DNA from: Heteronotia binoei
Taxonomy: Eukaryota
Direction: 5' to 3'
DNA length: 64,000 nucleotides
Assembly (NCBI RefSeq): GCF_032191835.1
Contig: NC_083228.1
Coordinates: forward strand, 45,880,001 to 45,944,000
A program made the translations under genes and the position numbers. Numbering within the stretch: position 1 is the stretch's first letter; each line of letters starts with the position of its first letter. Below are positions 13,026 to 26,087 of the stretch, one piece after another. Below the pieces are notes generated by a model. That model was not told the origin of the DNA. It made no database searches and saw only the letters and a list, made by a program, of their open reading frames with translations.

Positions 13026-13560
13026 GTATAAATGGAGCAAAATTGGTGTCTTGGTTCATTTCATGCTCTTGTCCCAAAATCCATGTCTGTGTTTAGTAAT
13101 GCATTGTTGTAAGTTCAGTTCTGGATGTGAAGGTGATTTGGCTGCAACATCTGNNNNNNNNNNNNNNNNNNNNNNNNNNNNNNNNNNNNNNNNNNNNNNN
13201 NNNNNNNNNNNNNNNNNNNNNNNNNNNNNNNNNNNNNNNNNNNNNNNNNNNNNNNNNNNNNNNNNNNNNNNNNNNNNNNNNNNNNNNNNNNNNNNTACCA
13301 TTCTTCAGTGAAGGGTAAGTTCAGTTTAGTACCTTTTTTAGCATACAAATTGTTGTAAGTGAGAACTTGTTTAATGTTGGGGGCTGTCTATGGGCAAGAA
13401 AAGGTCAGCCTCCCAGTGCTTTTGAGGCAGGAATAATATTATCCCGCATAGGTTGTAGGTAATTAATTATGCATTGAGCTGATTTGAACTGTAATGTTGA
13501 TTTGTTTGATCTTGAAGTTGGTTCTGGCTTGATCCATCTGTCTCTGACTACACATCACAA
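13026..13560 (-). pseudogene. Fossil retroviral-type RNase H (continuation of the pol fossil across the hAT insertion and gap)
   Basis: Ordered minus-strand motifs TDGS, SAQ, IDS, NNLYAKKGTKL..W, [gap], DVAAK, in different frames; span fits an RNase H domain. Confidence 0.45.
13154..13295. other. Assembly gap (142 N)
   Basis: Run of N characters. Confidence 1.
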
Positions 13561-15975
13561 GGATGCCTCTTGACCTTTCCACCTACCATTAAAAAGACAA
13601 CTGGTCTGCAAAGAGCTACTCTGCCATCATAAATAAGAAACTCTATTTATCCGGGGCTGTAAAATTTTACAATTCATTTTAACTTTTTAATAAAAATGTT
13701 ATCAGGGTATGATCATTATGATACAGGTATGATCGTTGAATGCAAATGTATCTGCTTTTTTAAATTTGGCTATGATTATACAGTGCATTGGATTGTAGCT
13801 GTCATTTTTTTCTCATGATGGTGATAAATAATGGATTGCTTTCTTCCCTCTCTCCAGAGAAATATATTGCAGTATGTTTGGTACTACTACGTCTGTTGTC
13901 AATATCAGTGAAGAGTGCGCAGAGCACATAATTTTCCTTAATACTTAGAAATGACGATGATATATTATAGGCTCATTTAGCATATGATATTGCAGAAAGG
14001 TCCTACAGAAGACATGACTATTGTTTTCTTTTTATGAGGTTAATGTTTAAGGGGGGGTGGGCTGTCCTGGCCAAGATTCATGGTTGGGTAGTGAAAATTG
14101 TTTGAGGAGGTCCCTGAGCATAAGAGCACAAGATTATAACTTTTATTTATAAATACTGCTTTGAAAACCCCATAAACAAGCCTCGGTTAGATTAAGTACA
14201 GCTCTGAATTAACATATCATGCATAAAGTAAGTAAGTAAAGCCATGTTTTTATACATGTTTTTGCTTTTTCTGCATATTAGTGGTAGGTGTTGACAATAA
14301 AATGAATGCCACTGAGGATCTTTCATGATAGCACAGATCTTCAGATAACTGACAAATAAACAAACAGCTTGAAAGAAAACAGATAAATCAGACATCTGCT
14401 TTGAAAAGTGGCTTCAATGAGCTTTCGTCCTTAAATCCAAAAAGAAAAAAGCATTCCATTTGTCTAATTCCTGCTAATACCATATGATACCAGTCCTAAG
14501 GGACAGCTCTGAAAAGCCTGCCAGCAGAGTATATATTGTCTTTCCCACATCATTTAAAACAAAGGATCAAGAAATATTTTAATTTGAGGCAGTAGCTGAT
14601 TGTTCCTGCAGCTTGTCCTGAAGTCATCTTGCAAAGAATGGAACTGATGCTGTAAAATGTTTCATATGTGTGTGTGTGTGCATGCGTGTGTTTTCCTTTG
14701 AGCTTACTATTTTCTCTGACAAGCTTGGAATCTCTTCCTTCGAATGGAAACAGTGTCCTTACAAAATGCAATGCAAAAGAAGGGATATTTCCAATCAATT
14801 ATAATCTTATTGGCATTTTCCAGATTCACAGGGTGTGCCCAAACAGCCTGAACCAAGTGGCAGGTTAGATTAGGTGAATCCAGAACCCTGAGCAAAGGCT
14901 TCCTGCAGAGCCAGGCACCTGCTCAGTTAGCCTTGTGTATTATACTATTTTAGAGGTAAATTAACTCATAAAGAGAGACGAAGAGAGAGAGAGAACCCTT
15001 TGGTGCAGTAGAACAATATCTGAAGTGAGTTTTCCCAAAATAATTTTAAACATGGGATAATACTGCATTTGCTAGGCATGTGATTAATTACATAAGCTTT
15101 TGTTGAATTGCATCTTCCTTGTCTTGACAAACACGCAGGATGCCATTGCAAAATATTCTCCCAAAGCAGTATTATTCCTATTATCTGAGGGTCTCTCATA
15201 TCTAATCTTCAACATATGCTTTGATTGAATATGCTAATAAACATGTTTTATACCCTGATTAGCTGCTGGGGGCAGCTTTGTCCATCATGTCATTGAAAAC
15301 TTAAAAGAAAACAGGCACACCAAACATACAGGTTCCTACACACCGGTTTTTCAATAGAAGCCTCTCTCTTTCTCTCTCTCCAGCTGACTTCACCTCAGTT
15401 TTAGCTTGGAGTTTCTCATCCATTCCTCCCTGAGCAGCTTTGTGGGATCAGCTGGCTGCCGGTTGCTCAAATGCTGGGAAGCCTGGCAGGGCAACCTCTT
15501 AAGGATCCTGCACAAGTTTCACAGAAATTAATGAAGCCCCATTGAAGGCAGAAGAACATAGAACAGCAGCAAAAATCTTATTTCAGCTGATGAAGAGTTC
15601 AATCCAAAACAGGATTATACTCTTCTAAATCAGTTGACTTCAGTGACTTAGAACAGTGTAACTCTGCATAGGGCTCTGTATGAAAACTTTCAATTTTTAT
15701 TAACTAACGCTAACCATGATTATCTAAGGATATGTGTATATTTTTTAGTATTGGAAAGAAATAAAACCTCTTCAGTGGGAACTTCTAGTTGCACAGTAAT
15801 TGAATGGATGCAGAGTCGTGTACAGCTGGAACAGCAAACCAGATACCAGAGTGTACAGGTATCTGTCAGTGTCCTAGATAACCTTTGCTATTGTCTTAAA
15901 AGAAGAATGGGTCAGGTGAAGATATGTTTTCTATTATCCTTCCCCAACTTTTTTTGTGTTACTTCACAAGACTGC

Positions 15976-16253
15976 AGAAGAAGACTGCAGATTTATACCC
16001 TGCCCTTCTCTTTGAATCAGAGACTCAGAGTGGCATACAATCTCCTATATCTTCCTCACCCACAACAGACACCCTGTGAGGTGGGTGGGGCTTAGAGAGA
16101 GCTCTCACAGACGCTTCCCTTTCAAGGACAACTCTTGCAAAAGCCATGGCTAACCCAAGACCATTCCAGCAGCTGTAAGTGGAGGAGAGGGGAATCAAAC
16201 CCAGTTCTCCCAGATAAGAGTCTGCACACTTAACCACTACACCAAACTGGCTC
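15976..16253 (-). mobile_element. CORE-type tRNA SINE (MIR/Ther1-derived, Squam3-like)
   Basis: Minus strand gagccagtttggtgtagtggttaag (A box), gggtttgattccc (B box), core cacctcacagggtgtctgttgtggg, tail gggtataaatctgcagtcttcttct. Confidence 0.8.
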
Positions 16254-16339
16254 TTACATTGCAGTCCTAAGAACACTTTCCTGAAAGTAAGCCCCACTGA
16301 CAAGACCAGAGTAGGATTCTGATACCCAATAAGGAATAG

Positions 16340-16500
16340 ACAAATTAGTGTCTGGCAGACCCAGGTTTGAATAACTACTGTTCCATGGCAGCTTGCTGGG
16401 TGACCTTAGACCTGTCAAACAGTATCAGCTTAACCTAGTTCACAGGATTCTTTTGGGTCCCCATGGGGGAAAGATAGGGCATAAAGTAAGTAAGTAAATA
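16340..16500 (+). mobile_element. Old MIR-like CORE SINE fragment
   Basis: gacccaggtttgaat, ctgggtgaccttag core and (taag)n-like tail. Confidence 0.55.
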
Positions 16501-18203
16501 AAATCAGACATATTTAGGATTATTCTCTTAGTCCCTCATTGATCAGCTGTGCTGTTCTTGGACCCTTGTGCTCCATTCCTCATGGAAGAAGGGGCAAAAA
16601 CATTCCAATTGTGTTGCCATGTGTTAAAACAGCTGGTAAGCTGATCGTATTAGAATAATCAATACAATCAACAGATTAAATTCTTATGACCATACATAAG
16701 CTCCCAAGTAAGTATGGTGTTTCTATAATTAGTTTTTATTCAATTTATATTTATTTAAAATATTTCTATCCTACTTTTCTCCTAATTGATAGGACTCAAA
16801 GAAGCTTATATCAAATTAAAAGCCAATAAAATTTCAAATCTCAAAAATACCAGAAGAAGCAGACTACAACTTTCATTTGTGAGCCATCTAAAGTATAATT
16901 AAGTTCATTTGTGTCTCTCCACCTCCAATGTAAATTTTTGATAAGTTCTTTAATGCAACACTATAGCAGAACAGTGTAACCATATGGATGATTATTTCAT
17001 TTTAATGTGGTGTTTCACTGATATGTGAAGAGGGGCATTTCTACATCACCACGAAAAGCATTTGGGTGTGATTGTATGTGCACCATAAAAAGGCTAATTT
17101 AGGATAGCATGCTACTGATATGCCAAAATACAGTACTGATTTTTGCAGTGCTTTATTAATACACACAAGAACCTTGGTAACGTAAAAGGTCAGTGGAATG
17201 CAAATGAATTGAACACTGTAGCAAAGTGCCCATGTACTGATCTTGGAATTAATTTTAGAAATTAATTAAACTAGAATTCAAGTGAGATAGAGCAAAGGGC
17301 AGAATGAAACTCTGCAGAAACATAAATGGAATAGGGGAGATCCACCTGTTATATATTAATCTGGATATGAAGTAATCTGCTATAGTTCTGGAGAATCTTG
17401 CACCTAATTTCAGAGGACTGGACCTGAGCACTCTCAGTCATGATTCTTCTAGATATACCATGTGCTTCTTCTACAATTCTGTTGTTGTAAATGTTAAACA
17501 ATTACTTTAAAGATAGTTGTTGGAAAGAACAGAATGGCCATATGTCACATTCTTCCAAGATAATTCCTCAAAAAAGTAGGCTTTGTTTATTTGCCTTCCA
17601 TAAATCCATTGAGGTTTCACTTGATATGCTGAAGAATGAGATTCTTTTGTTTTGTTTTTAATAATACTGCAAGATGAAAATTTCCATAAGCAGGGAAGCC
17701 AATAAAAGAATGCCAGGAGCATGATGTGTTGTTTGTTCACAGATGGAATGTGAACAGTTTGCATAGAGTTTTTGTGTTGGTATTTGTTTTAGCTCAGCCA
17801 GATTTACACCATGGGCAGACTACCCTGCCACAATGCCCAAGACTTATTATGGGAAGCCTGCTATTATCTGAAACTGGAGTGTGTTTTTTTCCTTGTAAAT
17901 TCCAAATAAACAGAATGTTAAAGAGTTGTTACTGAAGCTTTCATTAAGGTACCACAACATGATCAAAACAAACTACAGGACAGCCTCCTTTGTTCCTTAA
18001 AAATATAAATTCCCAGAGAGTTTGATTTTCACTGATAAGGCAGGCAGCAGGAATTTTTCTAGTATTCAAACAAATACTCAACCATTGTCTTTCATCAACA
18101 GGACATAATCCCACCCACTCAGTTTGCTCATGCTCAGATAACTTTGACCACAGCCTTATCTGTACCACAAATTTTACACAATTTTAACTGATCATCACTC
18201 CCC

Positions 18204-19478
18204 TGTGAGAAAATGACCCCTCTGTCACAAACATGGTTGCCAGGGCGCCTGGAGGAGTGAGCTTGCATCCGCCTGGCCAGTGAATGCGAGTAAAGCTATC
18301 CAGGAACTATGTAGGACTCCTGTGTACCAACTACCACGTATACAAGTGCTTGAGACAGACAGAGAGTGTCTGCAGACGCACACGGACGTTTCCCCGCTAC
18401 CGCGTGGAGTCCGCCATGGCGAGGAGGAGGCTACGCCGCCAAGGAGCTGTCCAGGCGAACGGTGTTGAAGCGCTAAGCATGGAAGCCACTGTGTTTCGCT
18501 AACACCACATGTAGCCATCTTCCTGCCTGGTTGGGCTTCATTCCTCCTTAGTGGGAACCTCACGTACACACCTTGAGTCATTCCTAGCCCACAAGCAACC
18601 TATCTGTTTCATGAATGGATTAATGGTTCAACTGTTGATCCTAATTACTCAGTAATATCCTGAGCAACAGTCCGCACCCAGGAGGTGGTGAGAAAGAGGA
18701 AGGATCTCTCCTGCCACATCTAAGCCCTTTTGTCTACACCGGAATACCTAGGTCCATATCTGATTCCCTATTGTCACCTTCCCAGATAATCCCATCTCAT
18801 CCCAATCACCCAACCATTTCCATACTGATATCACCGGAGCCGCCCCAGGCCCTGTCGCAACTTGGAAGTTTCCAGGATGCCCAGGATGAAGGAGAAGTTC
18901 ATTGGTTGAAGCATACACCCAATCAGGTGTCGCCATGGACTCGCCATTGGTCCAGCCGATGTCCAGCCTTCTTGGTCATCAGCGGAACCTCCCATTACCA
19001 CTCCCAGTCACCTCCCATCCCCTCAGGACTGAGGTGACTCTATATAACCTGTGGACTAGCTACCCACAGGTGTGCTCTCTATTCAGCAACCCCCTTATCC
19101 CGCTGTATAGATCCATCCCCGATTCCTGATCAGTTTCGGGTCCATTCCCCATTCCCTCATTCGTCGCCATCGGAGTCTTCCTTGGAGTCTGCGAGAGGTA
19201 GTATCACCCTGTATGTCCATCCTTTATGTACCCCTATCGATCTCTCTATATTTCTCTAGATCTGTGTGAATGTGTGAGTGTTTTGTATTTTTACCTTGTA
19301 TGAAAGAAATATTATTCTAAATAAATTACAATTGATTTTATTAAATTAGAGTCCAGTTTATTGAGCATCACTCTCTGAATGGTTGAGCCTGGTATACATA
19401 GATAAAAAAGATTCCTATTGGGCCAGCTGTCTCTCAATCTAATTCCCCAAGTTCTTTTTGAGAGCAGTTACCCTAACA
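18204..19478 (+). mobile_element. Solo LTR (~1.27 kb)
   Basis: TGT...ACA termini with 4-bp cccc on both sides; TATATAA at 19041; AATAAA at 19320; GC/CpG-richer than flanks; no internal coding region. Confidence 0.65.
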
Positions 19479-20954
19479 CCCCACCCCCACCAATCAAGTT
19501 AATTGAGCTCTGCAACTTCACAGAACTGTAATCCTCACTATTCCATGAGAAGTGGAACTAGTTGTGAAATCAGTCTAAGGCTGAATTCAGATGGCCAATT
19601 TGGTCCAATACAGGAACAGCCCATGTCTGGATTTAAATGGTATGTTCAAATGCACACATCTGGGTCCTCCCATCCTTACCTCATCCTCTTCTGTTGCTCT
19701 GCTGGTTCAAAAAGCTACCAGGTAGTAAGTGGTAGCAAATCACTGATGTGCTTCCAGGTTACCTTTCCCAGCCATCTGAACCTCCGAGGAATGTCAGGGA
19801 ATCATTACTCATATGCTTGAGCGGTGTGACTGCTCCTCCGGGCGCGTGTAGCCCATCCCTGTTCCAGCAATGGGCTGAGCACTGTCTGACCACCCCCAGG
19901 GTGCTTTCCACTAAAACTACTTTCTTCTGAGATGGGAGGCTGCTGCCCCAAGCTTTCCATCTATACCCATCCTGCAACCATATATAGACAATGATTTGTG
20001 AGTAAATCCAATTTATGGAATTTACTACTTCTAAGTAAACATGTACAGGCTCCAGCCATCCATATGCAGTAAGGATATGCCTAAAAATTCCCTTTCTTCA
20101 TGGTTGGTCTTCCGCGTTTAGTGAGAGAGGTTCCTGAAGACACAAAGGAATCCTGTCTTGTACACAGCTGCGATTAGACTAGCTATATACATTTATTTAC
20201 AACTATAATACAGACTAGCAAAATGCTCCGCAAACAATTCACCGTCCAACCTCCAACAAGTAGCAGAGTACTACTATACATTTATACATGTCCTCTAGGT
20301 AAGTGACCGATCAGGTTTAGTGCTGAGTCATGGTCACATCACTCTGGCTGATGCAATCTGGCTGTCTTCCAGATGCCCCTGTCAGCCAGATCATCTAATG
20401 TCAATTAGATCCTTTGCTGCCAGCATTGGTCTGTCGCCTGCACATACACTGACAACGCTCTCATCAAGAATGATGTTTATAATGACTTATTTGGTTTTAG
20501 TAGTCAATTTTGAGTAAGTTATGTTTCAAATTCGGTAGGGTTACTCTGTGTAAGCAGACTCAGGATTCCAACTGTATCATTCCCATGAGCAATGAGACTA
20601 ATGGAAGAACTCTTAAAGAAAGTTCAAAATGGTACTGAAGAAGATAATTAATGAAACAGAGAACCTATAGAACAATATCAAGACAAATTAATTGCAGAAG
20701 CACATATTTAGGTGACAAAACAAACCCTACAGAAATCTTGTTACAGATGGTCCACTAACAATAAAAAACCCAAACAATATTTAATTTCATTTAATAGCAG
20801 GACTTGTACTCTATTATGGATAAAACAAAAAAGGAAACATTAATTTGGGGAGATCAGGCTGGGACCAAATTTATACCATGGGTGGTTTTAAAGACATTTA
20901 CTACTCAATTGCTGAAAAGGGCACATTTTAGGGTTAAAACAACTTGAACAGAGC

Positions 20955-21036
20955 TTTTCTATGTAGAATTACACTTTTCTAAGTCCACTGAAGTTAGAGG
21001 GCTCAGAAGGATGTAACTCTGCTTAGGACTGCACTT
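20955..21036. mobile_element. Short palindromic MITE (Harbinger-like, ...cttaggactgcact end)
   Basis: Degenerate hairpin ttacacttttctaagtcc ... ggctcagaaggatgtaa; related degraded copies near 15600-15675 and 37575-37665. Confidence 0.5.
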
Positions 21037-21319
21037 ATATGTAAGCTCAGTTGCTCATTGCAAATACTAATAGCATACTAGTTCTTTATTAGTATAACAT
21101 CCTGAAGTGTTGACTTGCCATCTGCAGTGCAAAAATTAATTCTCAGTGGGACTTTCCAGGCCCATTCCAATAACCGTTATCATGCTGGAAATGATAACAG
21201 ATTCCACACACACCTGGAACATCTCTTCTCACAAACATTGTGTGGAGCCCACCCTCAATTCAGGAGCAATGTGCCCAACCTAAATTAGGGAGTTTTGAAT
21301 GCCAGAATGTGAATTTGCA

Positions 21320-21535
21320 TGTTACATGAAGCTAGCTTATACTGATTAACACTATTGGTCCATTAAGGTCAATACTGTCTACTCAGATTGGTGACAACTC
21401 TGCAAGGTCTCAGGTGAAGTTGATCAGAGATAGATTATTTTCTATCCATTCCTTTTAACTGCAGATGTTTGGGATTGAACCTGAGACCTTCTGCATGACA
21501 AGCAGATGTTCTACCTCTGAGCCATGGCCTCTCCC
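21320..21535 (-). mobile_element. Older copy of the tRNA/CR1-tail SINE
   Basis: gggattgaacctgagaccttctgcatgacaagcagatgttctacctctgagcca head, with a tail similar to the 4589-4806 copy. Confidence 0.75.
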
Positions 21536-21760
21536 TATAAAAGAGCCTTTTCCTGTCAAACATTGTTGGGTGATTAAGACTTTATTGAATGACAGCTCAC
21601 TGGTCTTACAGGAAGTATATTGGACAGGAAAATGGTTACATTTTTAATATATTGTTTGATATGTTTATGGAATCCCCAAATCTATACCTGTGAGAATTCT
21701 ATTAGCCTTAATTACTGCTACAGCTAATTGAGCAGTTACACAGTTTTCATTGAGCTATGT

Positions 21761-21813
21761 GGACTGGATGGGCCGTTGGCCTGATCCAACAGGGCTTCTC
21801 TTATGTTCTTATG
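21761..21813 (+). mobile_element. CR1 3'-terminal fragment
   Basis: ggactggatgggccgttggcctgatccaac...cttatgttcttatg, matching the CR1 end at ~42010-42058. Confidence 0.75.
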
Positions 21814-22013
21814 ACCTTTGGATCTCTTCTGTAAGATCTGACTAATTCTTAACATTATTGGGAACAGATAAAACATCCATTCTACTAAATGGAAAATACA
21901 GCAAAGTCATACTACTACTATTTTTGAAAGATTCTGATTCATATGTTTGAAACCCTCAAAATTATAACTAAAAGAATTTTGGTGGCATTTTGGGATGCTA
22001 CAACAGTAGGAGG

Positions 22014-22196
22014 CAGGGATTTTTTTTGTAGCAGGAACTCCTTTGCATATTAGGCCACACACTTCTGATGTAGCCTATCCTCCAGAAGCTTATAGTAGGT
22101 TCTGTACTAAGAGCCTTGTAAGCTCTTGGAGGATTGGCTATATCAGGGGTGTGTGACCTAATGTGCAAAGGAGTTCCTGCTACAAGAAAAGTCCTG
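22014..22196. mobile_element. Palindromic hAT MITE
   Basis: Inverted arms of ~50 bp (ttttgtagcaggaactcctttgcatattagg); perfect 8-bp TSD gtaggagg at 22006-22013 and 22197-22204. Confidence 0.92.
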
Positions 22197-22331
22197 GTAG
22201 GAGGTAAGTGGGGTGAACAGAAGTGTCAAGAGAAGAAAGAGAAAAGGAGAGACCATAGGGGCTTTGACAGGAGAGAAGAAGAGAGGACAGCAAAAGCAGG
22301 GGCCTTGGAGACAGAAAATGTGATGAGGAGG

Positions 22332-22634
22332 TAGAGTTGCCAAATCCCCAGCTTGCCACAGCGGGGGACTTTTGTGCATGAAAAGCATGCACACTGCATG
22401 TACCATAGAGTTTTTCCTCCCAAATGGCTAGAGCATCTGAGAAAACCAGTTTTCCCAGAAATTCCTAGAGTGGCTCTGCATGGGCGCCACCATTTTGATG
22501 ATGTCACTTCCAGGTGATGTCATCACATCAGCAATGTAGGGGGACGTTTCCCCCAACAGTCCAATGTGGGCCGGCAGGTTAGGAACCTCCTGGGTGGGGA
22601 ATTCCCCGCCCGGACTGGAGGCTTGGCAGCCCTA
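22332..22634. mobile_element. hAT MITE (TAGGGTTGCCA TIR family)
   Basis: tagagttgccaa ... ttggcagcccta; TSD tgaggagg/tgaggaga (7/8). Confidence 0.8.
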
Positions 22635-23218
22635 TGAGGAGAGAACATCAGCAGCTGGAATCAGCAACATGATAAGGCATGTTGGGAGAGTAAAAGGACA
22701 GGCAAGAAGGTCAGAGGAACCAGTGGCTATGGAACAGAGTGAAGCCGAAATGCAGGGAGTTGTATAATCATTTGTAGTAGACACTGGGGCAACTAACAAA
22801 GTATAGTTCATAAACCATTGATATATTCATCTGAAACAACATTTGCTTCTCATAAGCATGGATAATGATATCAACTCATTGTCAGTTATAATACAAGGGA
22901 ATATATACAAAATAATTAGTACCAATTGGTGACGGACTTTAGTGATTACGTTGTTTACTAAGGATTCAAACATAGATTGAAAACAACAGAATCTTCCTAT
23001 TTACCTGATTCCATACCCGTCAATTGTAGCATGATTGCCATCATCAGTCATACACAGTTATATTAGTGGTTCCAGAGAACAGTGGTAACAATTGGCTGTT
23101 GTCCCCTGTTCTTTCCAACATTATACTCCTGAGGAGCTAATACCTTATAATTTGTTTCCTATTGTTTCAGAATAACAGCTGGATGGTCTTTCCATTACTA
23201 TTTTATGCTATATTGCTC

Positions 23219-23221
<3 letters not shown>

Positions 23222-23258
<37 letters not shown>
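23222..23258. repeat. (TA)n microsatellite
   Basis: Direct read. Confidence 0.95.
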
Positions 23259-23261
<3 letters not shown>

Positions 23262-23263
<2 letters not shown>

Positions 23264-23968
23264 TTTTACTATAATGCCATTAAGAAGTAACACTTTTTTT
23301 CATCTGACTTGCAACCTCTGGGCATTATAGAGAAAGCTGTCATAGATTCGGAAACAAAGAATTAGTGCAATTGCTCAGGCTGTAGCTTCAGGAGGAGAGG
23401 GGATTACACTTGAGAGGTAGAGATTCAAGTTCATAGCTAGAGTTATCTCAAATTGGGAGCCTTATGAAGGTTGGAACTGAAAAAATTTGTCTGGAGAACT
23501 GGGTGTTGTGTGTTGTTTTCTATTGGAACTGAAAAAAATTTGTCTGGAGAACTGGGTGTTGTGCGTTGTTTTCTATTGTTGCAGAAGAAAAGCACCATTT
23601 CTAGTATATAGTGTATTGCTTTGCCATGGTTTGGAAACAAGAGATTAAGCAACTCCAACCTGCTCTAGCTGATATTTCTTGTTTCTTCCTGTTCATTGGA
23701 ATGTCCTGAGCTGACTAATGCATGTGTGTGTGTGTGTATTTCTAGTTCTACTATAAATCCATTAATGCTTTTTCTCATCTGACTTGCAACATCTAGGCAT
23801 TATAGAGATTCAGAAACCAAGAATGAGTGCAATTTCTCAGGCTGTAGCTTCAAGAGGAAGGTTTTTTCACACTTGAGAGGTAGAGATTCAAGTTCATAGC
23901 TAGAGTTAGCCCAAACTGGGAACCTTATGAGGGGTGGTACTGAAGAAGTTTCATCTGGAGAACTGAAT
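23262..23968 (+). repeat. Diverged local direct duplication (~230 bp unit, ~480 bp offset), plus an internal ~54-bp tandem
   Basis: catctgacttgcaac...acacttgagaggtagagattcaagttcatagctagagtta...ctggagaactg present at ~23300-23500 and ~23776-23965; ttggaactgaaaaaatttgtctggagaactgggtgttgtg twice at 23471-23578. Confidence 0.9.
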
Positions 23969-26010
23969 GAAGGGTTAGCAGAACTGCTAATTAATAACAG
24001 TATGGGGTGGGGGAGAGAGATAGGGAAATAGCAGTATGGCACAGTGATGTCACAGCAGAAACAAGCTTATATATGTAAAATGAATGATAGAGGCATGTTT
24101 CCCCTTATGTCAATAAACTGTGGGAAAGGGGAGGAGCAATTATCAGAAAAGAACTACCACTGTCTGAAGAGGAAAATCCAGGAGGTAGATTATTTTAGTG
24201 CTTTGATATCCCCTAACATATGGGTCCTCTGCTGTAATTTTGAATATAGCTTATTCTGGAAAAGCATTAATAGGTTTATGAATGATCCCACTATGGAACT
24301 TATATACCTTGTGCCAGTATGGAACCAGTATGGAATCTTATATACCTTGTGCATCAACATAGAAATGTGAAAAGAATATATTTTAAATCAACCTGCAATC
24401 GTAAGAGATTGGCATCATTCCTAGAAGCAAAGGTGGGGAAAGTAGACAATATTTTAGGAAGAAAATTTATTGTGGTTATTGAAAGTCAGGGTGTCCCCTC
24501 CAGCACTGAAAAGTTATTAGTCTGACAAACGTCAAACACTAATCTCAGACTAATAGGATTTAATTTTCTGAATTGTTTTCATAAATATTCCAGCGTGTCT
24601 TCTGAAAGATATCTTATATATGTGTACATTTCTATTTTTGAAGGCAGGAAAGTGCATTAGAGAACAAGATGAATAATTCATTGTGATAATATTATTTACA
24701 TAGTGAAATGCTATTTGATTTGTTTAGCATATCTTGAAACACAAGTATCCGAGCTGTCTGTCACAATTATCATGGAAATATGTGAGCATGCAGAAGACAA
24801 CTTTTAGAAATAGCAGTCAAAATATGACCTCACAATGCAGCCTGCCATCTTCAGCCTATGAATTTAATTTCCAAAAGACTTGCCTGTTTTCTTTCCTGTC
24901 AGCAGCACAACCAGAACTGTGCAGTAATTTAGTAATAAGGCCTGTTGTGACAAAAAAACCCAACAGATGCTAGAAATTTGCTTTTGTGAATTTCATGGGC
25001 AAGGGGGGGGGGAACGGGGGAGGGAAGGGAAAGATAGAGGGAGGCAAGGTATGTCAAGAAGACAGCAAGGTATGTCAAAAATGCAAAGAATACAAAGTTT
25101 CAGAAGAAGAGGAGTGGGAGCCCAGTCGGATGCATGTATTTTGTTCTCTTGCCTCAGCCAAAAAGAAGGACATAAAAATGAAAGTCTTTCAAACTGGCCA
25201 CCCATATTGATTCTTTTAAAACTGAATCTAATTTTGGGTTGCCATAGTGCTTTCTATCCCATTAGCTTCTGTAGAAGATTGCTTTTAACTCCTTTGTCCT
25301 TCATTATTCTCAGAGCTGGTTGAGAGATGTTATATCCACTGCCTCATTTACACAAAGAACTGCTTGTACAAGTGGCTTGTTGATTTTTACTGAAGGTAAA
25401 AACAGTTCCACAATTCACCACTTGTTTATTCATATTAAAGGCTCCTTGAAATCAACAGGGCCTCATCATCTCTAGTTCTGACTAGTGTGTGGGCCAAGTC
25501 TTAAATACACGGGTAATATTTTTGATTTGATCTCCACCATGACATACTCCTTGCTCATTCCACCATTGCTGCTGTTATTTTATTCTCCCTTGTGGGGGTA
25601 AGTCATTGGAAAGTGAGGAGCCACTAGAGAAGGCTGAGAAGAAGCAGGTTCGTATTATGAATCAGAAGATAACTCTTGAGAAATTCTTATGGATTGTCTC
25701 AGACAGTTTACAAATGCCAAAGACCACCTAGCCACTTATGAATTTGCCGAACCATTAAGTCATGTTCAGAGGCCCTGCTGTGGGTTCATTCTCCTGTCTT
25801 CAATTAAGTAGCTTCTAACATGGGAGAGAAATTTCTTGGTCATGGTACCAACGCCATATATTTTAACTTTGTTTTAAAAACTTTTTTAAAAAGTTATTTG
25901 AATAAGGTATGGGTGGTTATTTTAATGGTTTTATAATGTACTTTTATTATGTAGGTTTTAATTTTTAAGCTGCCTTGGCAGCCATTGAAGGTGTGTATAT
26001 ATAAAAAAAT

Positions 26011-26087
26011 TTGCCACTTTGTGACACAGAGTGTTGGACTGGATGGGCCGCTGGCCTGATCCAACATGGCTTCTCTTATGTTCTTAT
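26011..26087 (+). mobile_element. CR1 3'-terminal fragment within an L2-like 3' end
   Basis: gtgacacagagtgttggactggatgggcc...cttatgttctta, followed by gggatataaat...aataaataaa. Confidence 0.7.

Noticed and set aside
19676-19977. Minus-strand exon or ORF (MQDGYRWKAW...)
   Set aside because: Splice-like sites exist, but no frame gives a recognisable protein and the alternatives contain stops.
20100-20460. Second solo LTR on the minus strand
   Set aside because: It has an LTR-like look and a reverse AATAAA, but no consistent TG..CA ends with a TSD.
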